64,000 nucleotides of DNA from an uncultured Holophagales bacterium (GCA_963741305.1 CAVUHL010000003.1:2959675-3023674); one strand, 5' to 3'; shown: positions 30,735 to 40,856, numbered from the stretch's first letter. The notes: generated from the letters alone by a model not told the origin. Translations and numbers: made by a program.

Positions 30735-31247
30735 TCAAGAAATCTCGAAGAGCCCCGCGACCAACTCCACCACGCACCCGAGCACCTCGGCGCCTTCTAG
30801 CCACCCGCTCCCGCCGCCTTCCGGCGGCAGGGGCGGGATGGCGCTCGCGCCCAAGGTCACCGGCGCGCCGATCGCCCGCCGGTGCGCCTCGGCCCGATCC
30901 TGTAACCAGCGCACGAAATGCTCCAGCTCTTCACGGTCGAACCAGACCCCGTGCGAGCAGCAGATTTCCAGGACGGTCTCGCCGCAGGCCTTCCGCTCCA
31001 TCAAGGAGCCGCAAGCGGGGCAAAAACGGCCAGGCTGGCCCACCGCGTACAGCGGGGAGCCGATCCAGAGCGGCAGGAGGTCCGCTCTCTTCCTCGCTCC
31101 GAGGACCTCGACGACTTCCCGCGCGACCCAGACGCCGCAGCATTCCCTGCAGTAATGCGCGGTCGCATCCACGCGCTCCGACCGCCAGGGGCTCAGATCC
31201 ACGGACTCGGGGCACGCGGGACACCGGGCGGCTCTGCCGTCACTCAT
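30735..31247 (-). CDS. Tandem zf-TFIIB-like zinc ribbon protein
   Basis: CPAC...CRECCGVW and CPAC...CSHGVWFDREEL. Confidence 0.75.
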   Translation of the reverse strand: MSDGRAARCPACPESVDLSPWRSERVDATAHYCRECCGVWVAREVVEVLGARKRADLLPLWIGSPLYAVGQPGRFCPACGSLMERKACGETVLEICCSHGVWFDREELEHFVRWLQDRAEAHRRAIGAPVTLGASAIPPLPPEGGGSGWLEGAEVLGCVVELVAGLFEIS

Positions 31248-33660
31248 ACCGCAGCGCCTCCAGCGGATCGACCCGCGTAGCACGCAGGGCCGGCACCAGG
31301 TTCGCCACCAGGGCCACGGCGAGCAGGACCAGCGGGACGACCGCGAACGTCACCGGGTCCGTGGCGCTCACGCCATAGACCTGCTCACGCAGGAACCGGG
31401 TCGCGAAAAAGGCCGCGCCGAGCCCGATGGCGGCGCTGATCAGCACGACCCGCATGCCCTGGACCAGGATCATCTGCCGCACCTGGCCGGGGCGCGCGCC
31501 CAGGGCCATGCGGATGCCCATCTCGTGCGTGCGCTGCGCCACGGAGTAGCTGACCACGCCGTAGACCCCCACCGCGGCCAGCCCCAGGGCGAGCGCGGCG
31601 AACAGGCCGAGCAGCAGCGTCTTGAAGCGGCTCTGCGCCAGCGCCTTCGCAACCACCTGCTCCATGGGCTCGATCCCCTCGAGGGGCAGATCGCGGTCGA
31701 TCCCCCGCACCACCTCGCGCAACGGACCGGCGAGTTGGACGGGGTCCCCCGAGGTGCGCAGGACCAGCACGGTATCCGTAGACGGCCCCTGGGCCTGCGG
31801 CCAGTACGCCTCCGAGGCCTTCTCCTGGTCCAGCGTGTCGTGCCGCACGTCCGCCACCACGCCCACGACCGTCCGCCACCCCGGATCCTCCGGGTCCGCC
31901 GGATCGCCGAAGGTGAAGCGCTTGCCGAGCGGGCTTTCGTTGGGCCAGACCTTCGACGCCATCGTCTGGTTGATGATCGCCACCTGCTCGGCTCCCTGGC
32001 GGTCCTTGTCCTCGAAGAACCTGCCTTTGACCAGGGGAATCCCCATCACCCGGAAATAACCGGGGCTGATCATCCGGACGTTGGTGCTCGGCGTCTCGGC
32101 CGGCGGCGGCACCGGCCGCCCCTCCACCACGAAGGCGAGGACCATGTTGGAGCCGCTGAGCGGCAGCGGGAAGATCGAAGCGGCCCCCTCCACTCCCGGT
32201 ATCGCGGCGAGCCGCTCCAGGAGCTGATCGTAGAAGAGCGCCTGCCGCTCCTCATCCGGGTACTTGAACTCAGGGATCGAAATGCGGGCGGTCAGCACCC
32301 CCTCGGGCTTGAACCCGGGGTCGACCCCGCTCAGCCGCGCGAAGCTCTGGATCAGCAGGCCCGCGCACACCAGGAGCACCAGCGCGACCGCCACCTCGAA
32401 GCCCACCAGCAGGTTGCGCACCAGCCGGCCATGGGCGCCGCCCGCCATGGAGCGCCCCCCCTCCTTGAGCGCCTCGTAGAGCCTCCGGCCGGTGGCCGAG
32501 AGCGCCGGCACCAGGCCGAAAAGCAGGCCGGTCGCCAGGGAGACGAAGAAGGTGAAGGCGAGCACGCGGCCGTCGACCCCGATCTCCTGGGCCCGCGGGA
32601 TGCCCTGCGGATCGAGGGCGATGAGCGCCTTCACGCCCCAGTGCGCGAGCAGCAGGCCGAGGGCCCCGCCCGCCACGAAAAGGATCGCGGTCTCGATGAG
32701 CATCTGCCGCACCAGGCGCGTCCGGCTCGCACCAAGCGCCGCGCGCACGGCGAGCTCCCGCTCCCGCGACGCCACCCGCGCCAGCAGCAGGTTGGCCACG
32801 TTGGCGCAGGCGATCAGCAGCACGAAGGCGACCGCCACCAGGAGGATCATCAGGATGGGCCGGATGCCCTCCACCGCGATCTCCTGCAAAGGGATCAGGT
32901 CCACCGTCCATGCGGTGTTGCTGTCCGGGTACTGCTTCTCCAGCCGGGCGGCGATGCCGATCATCTCGGTCTCTGCCTTCTCCAGGCTGACGCCCTGCTT
33001 GAGCCGGCCGATCGCACCCAGGTAGTGCGCGCCGCGGCCCTCGTTGGCGAGGTCGAGCGCCAGGGGCACCCAGACCTCCGCCCGCCGCGGCAGCTCGAAG
33101 CCGCGCGGGGCGACGCCCACGACCGTGTAGCCCTCGCCGTTCAAGGTGATCGGCCGCCCGACGATCTTCGGATCGGCGCCGAACAGCCGCTGCCAGAGCC
33201 CGTGCGCGAGGACGGCCACCCGCGCCTGGCCGGCACGGCCCTCCTCCTCCCGGAACCCGCGGCCCGGGGAAGGGTCGACCCTGAGCATCTGGAAGAAATC
33301 CGGCGACACCTGGGCGCCGAGTATGACCTCCGGCTGCTCGCGGCCCGTCAGGTTGAAGCGGTCGCGGCTGTAGGCGGAGAGGTGCTCGAACGACTTGTTC
33401 TGGCGCCGGAAGTCGTCGAAGTTCGGCGGCGACACGCTGAAGCGGGGAAAACCCAGCTTGGGCGCGCTCTCCATGAGCATGGTCAGCTCCTCCGGCTGCG
33501 GATACGGCAGCGGATCGAGGAGCACGCGGTTGACCACGCTGAAGATGGCGGAGTTGGCCCCGATGCCAAGGGCCAGGGTCAGCATCGCGAGAAAAGTCGT
33601 GGCCGGATTGCGGACCAGGGTGCGGAGCCCGAAGCGTATGTCTTTCCAGACGTTTTCCAA
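31240..33660 (-). CDS. ADOP-family (duplicated MacB/FtsX) ABC permease
   Basis: DIRFGLR, LALGIGANSAIFSVV, LLIACANVANLLL, EMGIRMALGA, DPLEALRYE; TTG start at 33660. Confidence 0.93.
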   Translation of the reverse strand: MENVWKDIRFGLRTLVRNPATTFLAMLTLALGIGANSAIFSVVNRVLLDPLPYPQPEELTMLMESAPKLGFPRFSVSPPNFDDFRRQNKSFEHLSAYSRDRFNLTGREQPEVILGAQVSPDFFQMLRVDPSPGRGFREEEGRAGQARVAVLAHGLWQRLFGADPKIVGRPITLNGEGYTVVGVAPRGFELPRRAEVWVPLALDLANEGRGAHYLGAIGRLKQGVSLEKAETEMIGIAARLEKQYPDSNTAWTVDLIPLQEIAVEGIRPILMILLVAVAFVLLIACANVANLLLARVASRERELAVRAALGASRTRLVRQMLIETAILFVAGGALGLLLAHWGVKALIALDPQGIPRAQEIGVDGRVLAFTFFVSLATGLLFGLVPALSATGRRLYEALKEGGRSMAGGAHGRLVRNLLVGFEVAVALVLLVCAGLLIQSFARLSGVDPGFKPEGVLTARISIPEFKYPDEERQALFYDQLLERLAAIPGVEGAASIFPLPLSGSNMVLAFVVEGRPVPPPAETPSTNVRMISPGYFRVMGIPLVKGRFFEDKDRQGAEQVAIINQTMASKVWPNESPLGKRFTFGDPADPEDPGWRTVVGVVADVRHDTLDQEKASEAYWPQAQGPSTDTVLVLRTSGDPVQLAGPLREVVRGIDRDLPLEGIEPMEQVVAKALAQSRFKTLLLGLFAALALGLAAVGVYGVVSYSVAQRTHEMGIRMALGARPGQVRQMILVQGMRVVLISAAIGLGAAFFATRFLREQVYGVSATDPVTFAVVPLVLLAVALVANLVPALRATRVDPLEALRYE

Positions 33661-33713
33661 GGAGAGTCTCCAGCCGGCGCCCCCGAAGGGCGCCGGCGCG
33701 GGTTTGCAACGTA

Positions 33714-34439
33714 TCAGGAGAGCGGCAGCATCTCGGGCATGGAGGGCGGCGCGGCGGGCTCCGCGGGCACCTCGAAGCGCCGGCTGCCGAGCATCACCTC
33801 GGCCAGCTCGCGCCAGACCCGGCCCAGGCCGTTGAGGATATTGAGCGACACGAGCAGGCCCACGAGGCCGAAGGCGGCCACGAGCAGGGTCTCGCCGAAG
33901 GTGTCCACGTTCCAGAACGGGATGTCGAAGTAGACGTCGTCGAACCCCCAGGCGATCGGCGCGAGGATGAACGCGGCCGGGATCACCAGCAGCGTCAGGG
34001 TCACCACGAAGCTCATGATGCCCAAGGGGAACTTGAGGAAGAGGAAACCCAGGCCCTTCCAGGTCACCGGGTTGCCCATGAACTCCTGCACCCGCTTCCA
34101 GATGTCCTGAGGCTGGCCGGTGGCCGGGGCCGCCATCGGGGGCACCTCGGCGCCGAGCAGCAGGATGGCAAGCCGCCGTTCCAGCGCAGCCATGCCCCAG
34201 CTCGCCGCGAGCACCACGGCCAGGATGGGCAGGCCGATCCAGATGATCGTCAGGCCGAAGCCCAGGGCCAGCCCGGTGAGCAGGAAGATGAAGTAGAACA
34301 GGCCCAGCGGGAACGCCAGGGCCAGGTAGAACAGGTTCGTATAGGTGCGCACCTCGACCGGCGCCATGAAGAAGCGCACCAGCAGGTTCAAGTGCTTCTC
34401 CGACTCGTCCGCCGTCTGCGTCTGGATCTCGGTATTCAT
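33714..34439 (-). CDS. Membrane 'putative sensor' domain protein
   Basis: YL.LAFPLG, IWIGLPIL, LERR, TWK.L.FL.LKFPLG. Confidence 0.75.
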   Translation of the reverse strand: MNTEIQTQTADESEKHLNLLVRFFMAPVEVRTYTNLFYLALAFPLGLFYFIFLLTGLALGFGLTIIWIGLPILAVVLAASWGMAALERRLAILLLGAEVPPMAAPATGQPQDIWKRVQEFMGNPVTWKGLGFLFLKFPLGIMSFVVTLTLLVIPAAFILAPIAWGFDDVYFDIPFWNVDTFGETLLVAAFGLVGLLVSLNILNGLGRVWRELAEVMLGSRRFEVPAEPAAPPSMPEMLPLS

Positions 34440-34555
34440 TGGGTCCCTCCCATTTCCTGGTGGAGACTACGTAGGAGGGAGGGGGAGGGTTTCGGACGAC
34501 GGGCTGGTTCCCACATTCCATGTCGATTGGGCTAGAATCCCGCGAAAAGACCTCT

Positions 34556-34595
34556 TAGCCCGGCACTCACGTGCCGGGCTATTTCATGTCGCCCC
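34556..34595. repeat. REP upstream of tnpA
   Basis: TAGCCCGGCACTCACGTGCCGGGCTA hairpin followed by TTTCATGTCGCCCC. Confidence 0.9.
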
Positions 34596-34609
34596 AGGGG
34601 GGCTGAATG

Positions 34610-35038
34610 ATGTCGGACACCTACACCAAGCTCCAATACCATCTCGTCTTCAGCACCAAACAGCGGGCCGCTCTCATTCAACCCCTTCTGCGGGAGGAGC
34701 TTTACGCCTATCTCGGGGGCATCCTGCGGGGGCAGGGCGGCATCCTCCTCGTGGCCGGAGGCATGCCGGACCACGTGCATCTCCTGGCGGGCATCCGTCC
34801 CGACATGGCAATCGCCAAGATGCTCCAACTCCTGAAGGCGAACTCCTCGACATGGATGAGCGAGCGGACCGGATGGTTTGCCTGGCAGGCTGGATACGGC
34901 GCCTTCTCCGTGAGCGAGTCCAAGGTTCCTGACGTCCGCGCCTACATCCTGGGCCAGGAGGAGCATCATCGGACGATCTCTTCCGAGGAGGAGTTCCAGA
35001 CCCTGTTGCGCAGGCATGGCCTCTCCATCGACGAGTAG
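34610..35038 (+). mobile_element. tnpA: IS200/IS605-family Y1 HUH transposase, REP-associated (RAYT/TnpA-REP type)
   Basis: YHLVFSTK.R, DHVHLL (HUH), WQAGYGAFSVS, Y...QEEHH; REPs on both sides; no tnpB. Confidence 0.9.
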
Positions 35039-35085
35039 ATGCCTCCTCCAGACTGGGGAAATTAGGGGGTCCGTTGCCTTTCCTT

Positions 35086-35442
35086 CCCGGCACTCACGTG
35101 CCGGGCTAATTCATGCCGCCCTTACGGGCTCCCGGAGGAGGCGGCCGTTGGAGACCGAGCCCCGCCAGGGGCGACATGAAATAGCCCGGCACGTGAGTGC
35201 CGGGAAAGGAGGGACGCCCCCAACCTCCCCAGTCCCGGAGGGACGGCATAGGATCAGATGAGGTTGCCGCAATGCCGCCCCTCCGGGGCTGGGGCCTTCT
35301 TCCTGATAACCTAACCCAACCCGGCACTCACGTGCCGGGCTAATTCATGTCGCCCCTGGCGGGGCTCGGTCTCCAACGGTCGCCGCCTCCTCCGGAGCCC
35401 GTAGGGCGGCATGAAATAGCCCGGCACGTGAGTGCCGGGCTA
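35086..35442. repeat. REPIN island: four REPs forming two REPINs that are inverted copies of each other
   Basis: CCCGGCACTCACGTGCCGGG or its inverse at 35086, 35182, 35320 and 35417; the inter-REP spacers are reverse complements. Confidence 0.9.
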
Positions 35443-35940
35443 TTACCCCGCCGGCCGCTCCCGCACATACAGCGCCTCGTGATGCGGCTTCCCGCGCCGC
35501 ACCTGATGGATCCGCCCCCGGCGAGCTTGGCGGCGTAGCGTCAGAGCAACCTGGCGCTGGGTGGCGGGCTTTCGCAGGATGTCGGCGAACCGCCGGTTGA
35601 CCTCCTCGGTCACCGCCGCCGCCCCGATGCGCTCGTCGCCCGACTTGCCCTCGATCACCCGGTTCACCAGCCGGCTCAGGATGCGCTCGAGACCGGTGTC
35701 CATCTCCTTGTCGCGCGCTTCCACGGCGAGGGAGGGCGCGACCAGGCCGAGCGCCGTGGTCAGGCTTGCGCGGAGAGAGTCCGCGGTCTGGGCGATCTTG
35801 GCAGCCTCCTCCTCGTGGCGCTCCCGCTGCTCGCGGTGAGTGCTCTCCTGCTCGGCATGGAACGCCGCACGCTCCCGGTGCTGGGCAAGCTGCTTGTCCA
35901 ATTCCACCAACAGCCTCTCTGGAGGCATACCTACCGTCAT
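35443..35940 (-). CDS. Hypothetical His-rich coiled-coil plus putative winged-helix protein (paralog A)
   Basis: AAGGAG RBS; clear similarity to 63189..63707 (AFHAEQ, GA..v.eE..rR, TLRR....G.I..VR.G....E.LY). Confidence 0.8.
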   Translation of the reverse strand: MTVGMPPERLLVELDKQLAQHRERAAFHAEQESTHREQRERHEEEAAKIAQTADSLRASLTTALGLVAPSLAVEARDKEMDTGLERILSRLVNRVIEGKSGDERIGAAAVTEEVNRRFADILRKPATQRQVALTLRRQARRGRIHQVRRGKPHHEALYVRERPAG

Positions 35941-36001
35941 GACCCTTCTCCTTCGAACAAGTTTGGAGCATCCTGCTCCCGGCATACCCTCCAGCGCTCC
36001 C

Positions 36002-36325
36002 GGATGCTTCGAAAACCATGGTTACTGCCTTCACACTCCAAGATTATGCTCCGAGTACAGACGATGTAGGAGCAAAACCCTGGACCCAAATGGCTGCCAA
36101 GCTCACTTTTGTAGCATACCAGACCGCATTAGGAGCAAAACCACTGATTTCGAAGCCCCTGATCTATGTACTTGGAGCATAACCCTGAGCCCAGACGCTT
36201 CAGGCTCGCTCTTTTGCTCCTAAAATGGCGTAAGGCGTCGCTCAGGAATATGTAGTTGCTCCAAGTACACGAGGGGCTGGAGCATCCCCTTTTGGGGGAG
36301 CGATTGGGGAGGACGTTTTCGGAGC
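36002..36325. repeat. 21-bp phased mixed-orientation array, core GGAGCA/TGCTCC
   Basis: GGAGC (or GTAGC) at 36069, 36111, 36132, 36174, 36279, 36321; GCTCC (or GCTTC) at 36006, 36048, 36216, 36258; all share the same phase mod 21. Confidence 0.75.
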
Positions 36326-38899
36326 TTACGCTGAAGGTAGCATCGCTTCCCCCGCGGGCTCACGGAGGTTGTAGCGGGAGCTCATGACGCGGCCGTAGGC
36401 GCCGCCGTTGGCAATCAAGAAGACGTCCCCTTCCTGTGCGGGGGCCAGGCGCCGGGAACGGCCCAGGATGTCTCCAGTCTCGCAGATGGGCCCTACCACA
36501 TGCGCCAGCATCGTCGCGGGCTCGCCGAGACGGCTCAGGTTCACGATGGGATGGTACGCGCCGTAGAGCGCGGGACGGATCAGGGAGTTCATGCCCGTCT
36601 CGAGACCGATGTAGGTCACCCCTCCCTTGCGCTTCACCTGCACCACCCTCGCGAGGAGCACCCCGGCCACGGCCACCAGAAACCGGCCGGGCTCGATCCA
36701 GAGCTCGAAGCGGGGATTGGCGGCGCGGAACTTGCGCAGCGACTCCCTCAGCTCCTCCAGGTCGAGCGGACCCTGGCCGGGCTGCTCCGGCACGCCGAGG
36801 CCGCCGCCCACGTCGATCACCCGCACATCGGGGAAGCGCTCGGCCTCCTCGGCCAGGAACAGCGCGACCTCGCGCCAGCTCCGGGAGTCCCGGATGCCGC
36901 TGCCCGAGTGGGCATGGAGGCCCACGACCCGCACCCCGAGCCCGGCTGCCAGCTCCCGCAGCTCGCCCAGGCTCTCGGGGCCCACCCCGAACTTGGACTG
37001 CGCGCCCGCCGTGCGCACGTGGGCATGGTGTCCCCTCCCCCGCCCGGGATCCACCCGCACCAGGATCTCCCGGCCGCGGAACACGTCCGGCCAGGCCCGC
37101 AGCGGATGCAGGCTGTCGATCGTCACCCAGGCCCCGAGCTCATAAGCGCGGCTGTATTCGGCGGCCGGCGCGAAGTTGGGTGTGAAGAGCAGGCGGGTCT
37201 TCTCGATCCCCGGGAAAACGGATGTCACGTGCTCCAGCTCGGGCGCGGACACGCACTCGAAGCCGAGCCCGGCCGCCTCCAGCCGGGCCAGCACTCCGGC
37301 GTGAGCGTTCGCCTTGACCGAGTAGAAGACCCGGTCGAAGACCCCGAGGGAGCGCACCGAGTGCGCCGCCCGGTCCAGGGTCTCCTCGTCGTAGACATAG
37401 ACCGGCCCGCGCTCGGCGGCCAGGGCGAGCAGCTCGTCCCGGCGGGCGCGCCACCAGTCCCCCTCAGGCTCAGGCGCTGCTTCTACCTCCTGATCCTCGA
37501 ACATCTCCGCCCAGGAGGGACCGAAGACCGCATTCTCGGTCTGGTGCCCGAAAAGCAGGGCGTGAAGCTGCTTCACCAACCGGTCGCTCTGGTCCTCGTC
37601 CACCACGAAGGTGAGGTTGAGGTCGTTGGCCGCCTGGGTCACCAGGTGGACCTTCATCTCTTCGAAGACCTCCAGGACCGGGCTCAGCTCGTGGAGGATG
37701 CCGCGGATGCCACGGCCGACCAGCGAGAGCGCCGCGGTCGGGGCGATCACCCGCGGCTCGCAGAGAGTTTCGAGATCGCGGCAGACGGCGGCGAGGGCCG
37801 TCTCTTCCAGGACGTTCGCACCGGGATCGAGGGAGACGGTCACGTTCGTCTCCGAGGTGGAAACCTGGTCGATGGACAGCCCGTGGCGGGCAAATATCGC
37901 AAAGGCTTCGGCCAGGAAGCCGACGCGCTGCCACATGCCAAGGGTCTCCATGGCAATCAGGGTCATGCCCTTGCGCGCCAGGATCGCCTTGACCCCCGGC
38001 CCGGTATCCGGCCCCGCGGCCGAGACCACCGTGCCCGGCAGCTCGGGCCGGTCCGTGCAGCGCACGTGGAGCGGGATGCGGTGGCGGCGCAGCGGCGGGA
38101 TGCAGCGCGGATGGAGCACCTTGCCCCCGGTAATCGCGATCTCCTGCGCCTCTTCGTAATCGAGGGCGCGCAGCAGCCGGGCCGAGGGGAGCAGCGCCGG
38201 ATTGGCCGTGAACATGCCGGGCACGTCGGTCCAGATCTCGCACCGCTCGGCGCCCAGCCGGGCGGCAAACAGGGCCGCCGAGGTGTCCGAGCCGCCGCGG
38301 CCGAGGAGGACGGTCTCCCCCGCCGGATTGCGCGCGATGAAGCCCTGGGTGACGACGACGCCCCGCTCCGAATCCAGGCGGCGGCGCAGCTCGTCGTCGC
38401 GCTCGTGATCGCAACTCGCTGAGAGGTAGATACGGGCCTCGCCCAGGCGGGATTGGTCGAGAGAGGTGAGCCCCTGGCGGGCGTCGAACCAGGTGGCTTT
38501 CAGAAAGGCAGCGCCCAGCCGTGTAGACAGCAGCTCGCCAAAAGCCATGATCCGCGCCTTGAGGCGGGGGCCGGCCTCGCCCAGCAGCGAAGCGGCGAGC
38601 GCGAGGCGCGTGAGCTCGTCGAAGTCGTCCCGGAGGAGCGCCTCGGCATCCACCCCGAGCCCCGCGCCCAGTTCCAGGTGGCGAGCCCTGATGGCCGAAA
38701 GCGCCTCCTCGTGCTCGCCGCGCACCGCGAGCCCCAGCATCTGCTCGAGCTCGCTGGTGACCCGCGACAGCGCCGAGCAGACCACGAGCGGGCGCAGGCC
38801 TTCTGCAAGGCGCTGCTCGGCCAGGGAGGCAATGGTGGTCCAGCGCTCCGGCGAGGAGACGCTGGTGCCTCCGAACTTGAGGATTACCCAATTGCTCAT
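36326..38899 (-). CDS. lysC-lysA: Bifunctional aspartate kinase / diaminopimelate decarboxylase
   Basis: KFGGTSV, LGRGGSDTS, WTDVPG, ACT domains; then YSVKAN, HAHSGSG, EPGRFLV, GPICETGD. Confidence 0.95.
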   Translation of the reverse strand: MSNWVILKFGGTSVSSPERWTTIASLAEQRLAEGLRPLVVCSALSRVTSELEQMLGLAVRGEHEEALSAIRARHLELGAGLGVDAEALLRDDFDELTRLALAASLLGEAGPRLKARIMAFGELLSTRLGAAFLKATWFDARQGLTSLDQSRLGEARIYLSASCDHERDDELRRRLDSERGVVVTQGFIARNPAGETVLLGRGGSDTSAALFAARLGAERCEIWTDVPGMFTANPALLPSARLLRALDYEEAQEIAITGGKVLHPRCIPPLRRHRIPLHVRCTDRPELPGTVVSAAGPDTGPGVKAILARKGMTLIAMETLGMWQRVGFLAEAFAIFARHGLSIDQVSTSETNVTVSLDPGANVLEETALAAVCRDLETLCEPRVIAPTAALSLVGRGIRGILHELSPVLEVFEEMKVHLVTQAANDLNLTFVVDEDQSDRLVKQLHALLFGHQTENAVFGPSWAEMFEDQEVEAAPEPEGDWWRARRDELLALAAERGPVYVYDEETLDRAAHSVRSLGVFDRVFYSVKANAHAGVLARLEAAGLGFECVSAPELEHVTSVFPGIEKTRLLFTPNFAPAAEYSRAYELGAWVTIDSLHPLRAWPDVFRGREILVRVDPGRGRGHHAHVRTAGAQSKFGVGPESLGELRELAAGLGVRVVGLHAHSGSGIRDSRSWREVALFLAEEAERFPDVRVIDVGGGLGVPEQPGQGPLDLEELRESLRKFRAANPRFELWIEPGRFLVAVAGVLLARVVQVKRKGGVTYIGLETGMNSLIRPALYGAYHPIVNLSRLGEPATMLAHVVGPICETGDILGRSRRLAPAQEGDVFLIANGGAYGRVMSSRYNLREPAGEAMLPSA

Positions 38900-38913
38900 C
38901 GGAACTCCCGGAA

Positions 38914-39062
38914 CCCTCACCCCCATCCCCTCTCCCACACGCACTCACACCCGCCCGGGAGAGGGGCGCCCCCGCCCTTCCCCTGTTTTCTGGTTTTTTT
39001 CCGTCTCCCCCTCTCCCGGGCGGGTGTGAGTGCGTGTGGGAGAGGGGGCCGGGGGGTGAGGG
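38914..39062. repeat. CCCTCTCCC-type REP/MITE hairpin, copy 2
   Basis: Arms near-identical to 26229-26396. Confidence 0.9.
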
Positions 39063-39066
39063 CCCC

Positions 39067-40062
39067 CTACCCCTTGGCCGCCTTGACCGCCTCGGTCAAC
39101 GCCGGCAGCACCTCGTGCAGATCGCCGACGATGCCGTAGTGCGCGACGTTGAAGATCGGCGCTCCCGGATCCTTGTTGATGGCCACGATCACCGTAGAGG
39201 CCTTCATCCCGACCAGGTGCTGAATCGCGCCCGAGATGCCGGCAGCCACATAGAGCTTCGGCGCCACGGTCTGGCCCGAGGAGCCGATCTGCCGGTCGCG
39301 CGGCAGCCAGCCGTTGTCGATCACCGGACGGCTGGCGCCGATCTCGGCGCCGAGCGCCTGGGCGAGGTCGTTGATGACCCCCATCTTGTCCGCCCCGCCG
39401 ACTCCGCGGCCCACGGCCAGGATGATGTCCGCCTTGGTCAGGTCCACCTGGTCGCCGCCGACCTCCTCGTAGCCGAGGACCTCGCGGTCCGCCTTGATCC
39501 CCGAGAGATCCGCGTCGAGCACCTTGACCTCGGCCTCTCCACCCTTGACCACGGCATCCGCCTGGAAAGCGCCGGCCTGGACCGTGACAAAGACGGTGCC
39601 TTCGCCCTTGACCCGCACGCGGGCCTGGAGCTTGCCGCCGAGCACGGGACGCTTCCAGATCAGCTCGGTATTTCCTTCGGAGGCACTTTCAAAGCCCGTG
39701 GCATCGGTGATCAGCCCGGCGTTAACGGCCTGGGCCAGACGGGGGACGTAGTCCACCGCTTGATAGGTATGAGGGAAGACCACGTAATCCGGCTTCGCGG
39801 CCTGGATCGCGGGCACCAGGGCCCCCAGGTACGCGCCCGGCGTGTAGCTGCGGAGGGCTCCGTGATCGGCCACATGCACCGCGGCCAGATCGTTCTTGGC
39901 GACCTCGGCCGCGGCGAGCCCGATGCCCTCGCCGAGCAGCACCGCCTCCGCCTTGCCACCGAGGGTTTGCGCCAGCTTCTGGGCGGCTCCGAGAGCTTCC
40001 CAGGATATACGGGGGAGCTGTCCCCCCTCGCGGAGTTGTAAGACCACCCAGACCTTCGCCAT
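39067..40062 (-). CDS. etfA: Electron transfer flavoprotein alpha subunit
   Basis: GASRPVID.GW, QIGSSG..V.PKLY.A.GISGAIQH..GM, AINKD. Confidence 0.95.
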   Translation of the reverse strand: MAKVWVVLQLREGGQLPRISWEALGAAQKLAQTLGGKAEAVLLGEGIGLAAAEVAKNDLAAVHVADHGALRSYTPGAYLGALVPAIQAAKPDYVVFPHTYQAVDYVPRLAQAVNAGLITDATGFESASEGNTELIWKRPVLGGKLQARVRVKGEGTVFVTVQAGAFQADAVVKGGEAEVKVLDADLSGIKADREVLGYEEVGGDQVDLTKADIILAVGRGVGGADKMGVINDLAQALGAEIGASRPVIDNGWLPRDRQIGSSGQTVAPKLYVAAGISGAIQHLVGMKASTVIVAINKDPGAPIFNVAHYGIVGDLHEVLPALTEAVKAAKG

Positions 40063-40856
40063 CAGAGCACCCTCGCTTCCGTGCGGAGCTTGTTCACCAG
40101 CGTCTTGGCCGCGGCCTCGGGCGTGCCCTCGATCATCTGCGCGCCCGTCCCGCTCTCGGGGAAAGCGACCGAGACGATCTCGATCCGCGAGCCCGCCGCG
40201 CCGACCTGGCCGGCGTCGAGCCCGAGGTCGCCCGGTGCGACGTTGGCGATCTCCTTCTTCTTGGCGGCCATGATCCCCTTCAGGGAGGCGTACCGCGGAT
40301 GGTTGATGCCGGCCTGGATCTCCAGCACGGCCGGCAGCGCGATGCGCGAGATCTCGTTGACCCCGCTCTCCATCTCCCTGGTCACTTTCAGGCTTGGGCT
40401 GCCTTCCTCGAGCTCGACCCCCATCACCAGCCAGACATGCGGCCAACCCAGATGGCCGGCGATCACCGAGCCGGTGCCGCCCCAGCGCACGTCGTCTGAC
40501 TGCGAGCCGGTGAGGATCAAGTCGAACGATTCCCGGCCGAGCGCGGCAGCGAGGGCGCGGCCCGTCGCCAGGGCGTCGCCGCCCGTAAAGGAGGCGTCAT
40601 TCAGATGGACGGCACGAGCGGCGCCCACCGCGAGGGCCTTCCGGAGAGCCTCCTTGACCCGCTCGGGCCCGAGGCTGAAGACCACGACCTCGCCGCCGGT
40701 CTTCTCGGCCAGGGAGAGGCCTTCCTCCAGGGCGTAGAGGTCGCTCTCGTTGGTGACGAAGGGAAGGTCCTCCTCCTCCACCCACTTGCCATCGCGGCTC
40801 ACACGCAGCCGGGCCTCGGTGTTGGGGACCTGCTTGATACAGACAGCTATCCTCAT
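40062..40856 (-). CDS. etfB: Electron transfer flavoprotein beta subunit
   Basis: VCIKQVP, ALEEGL, LRKALAVGA, G.QS.D, N.PRY.SL.GIM.AKKK. Confidence 0.95.
   Translation of the reverse strand: MRIAVCIKQVPNTEARLRVSRDGKWVEEEDLPFVTNESDLYALEEGLSLAEKTGGEVVVFSLGPERVKEALRKALAVGAARAVHLNDASFTGGDALATGRALAAALGRESFDLILTGSQSDDVRWGGTGSVIAGHLGWPHVWLVMGVELEEGSPSLKVTREMESGVNEISRIALPAVLEIQAGINHPRYASLKGIMAAKKKEIANVAPGDLGLDAGQVGAAGSRIEIVSVAFPESGTGAQMIEGTPEAAAKTLVNKLRTEARVL

Noticed and set aside
33661-34521. N-terminal extension of the ADOP permease (1093-aa ORF)
   Set aside because: It overlaps the sensor-domain gene in another frame; family similarity begins at LENVWKDIRF.
34610-35038. Autonomous IS605 element with tnpB
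   Set aside because: There is no tnpB; multiple flanking REPs fit a RAYT arrangement better.
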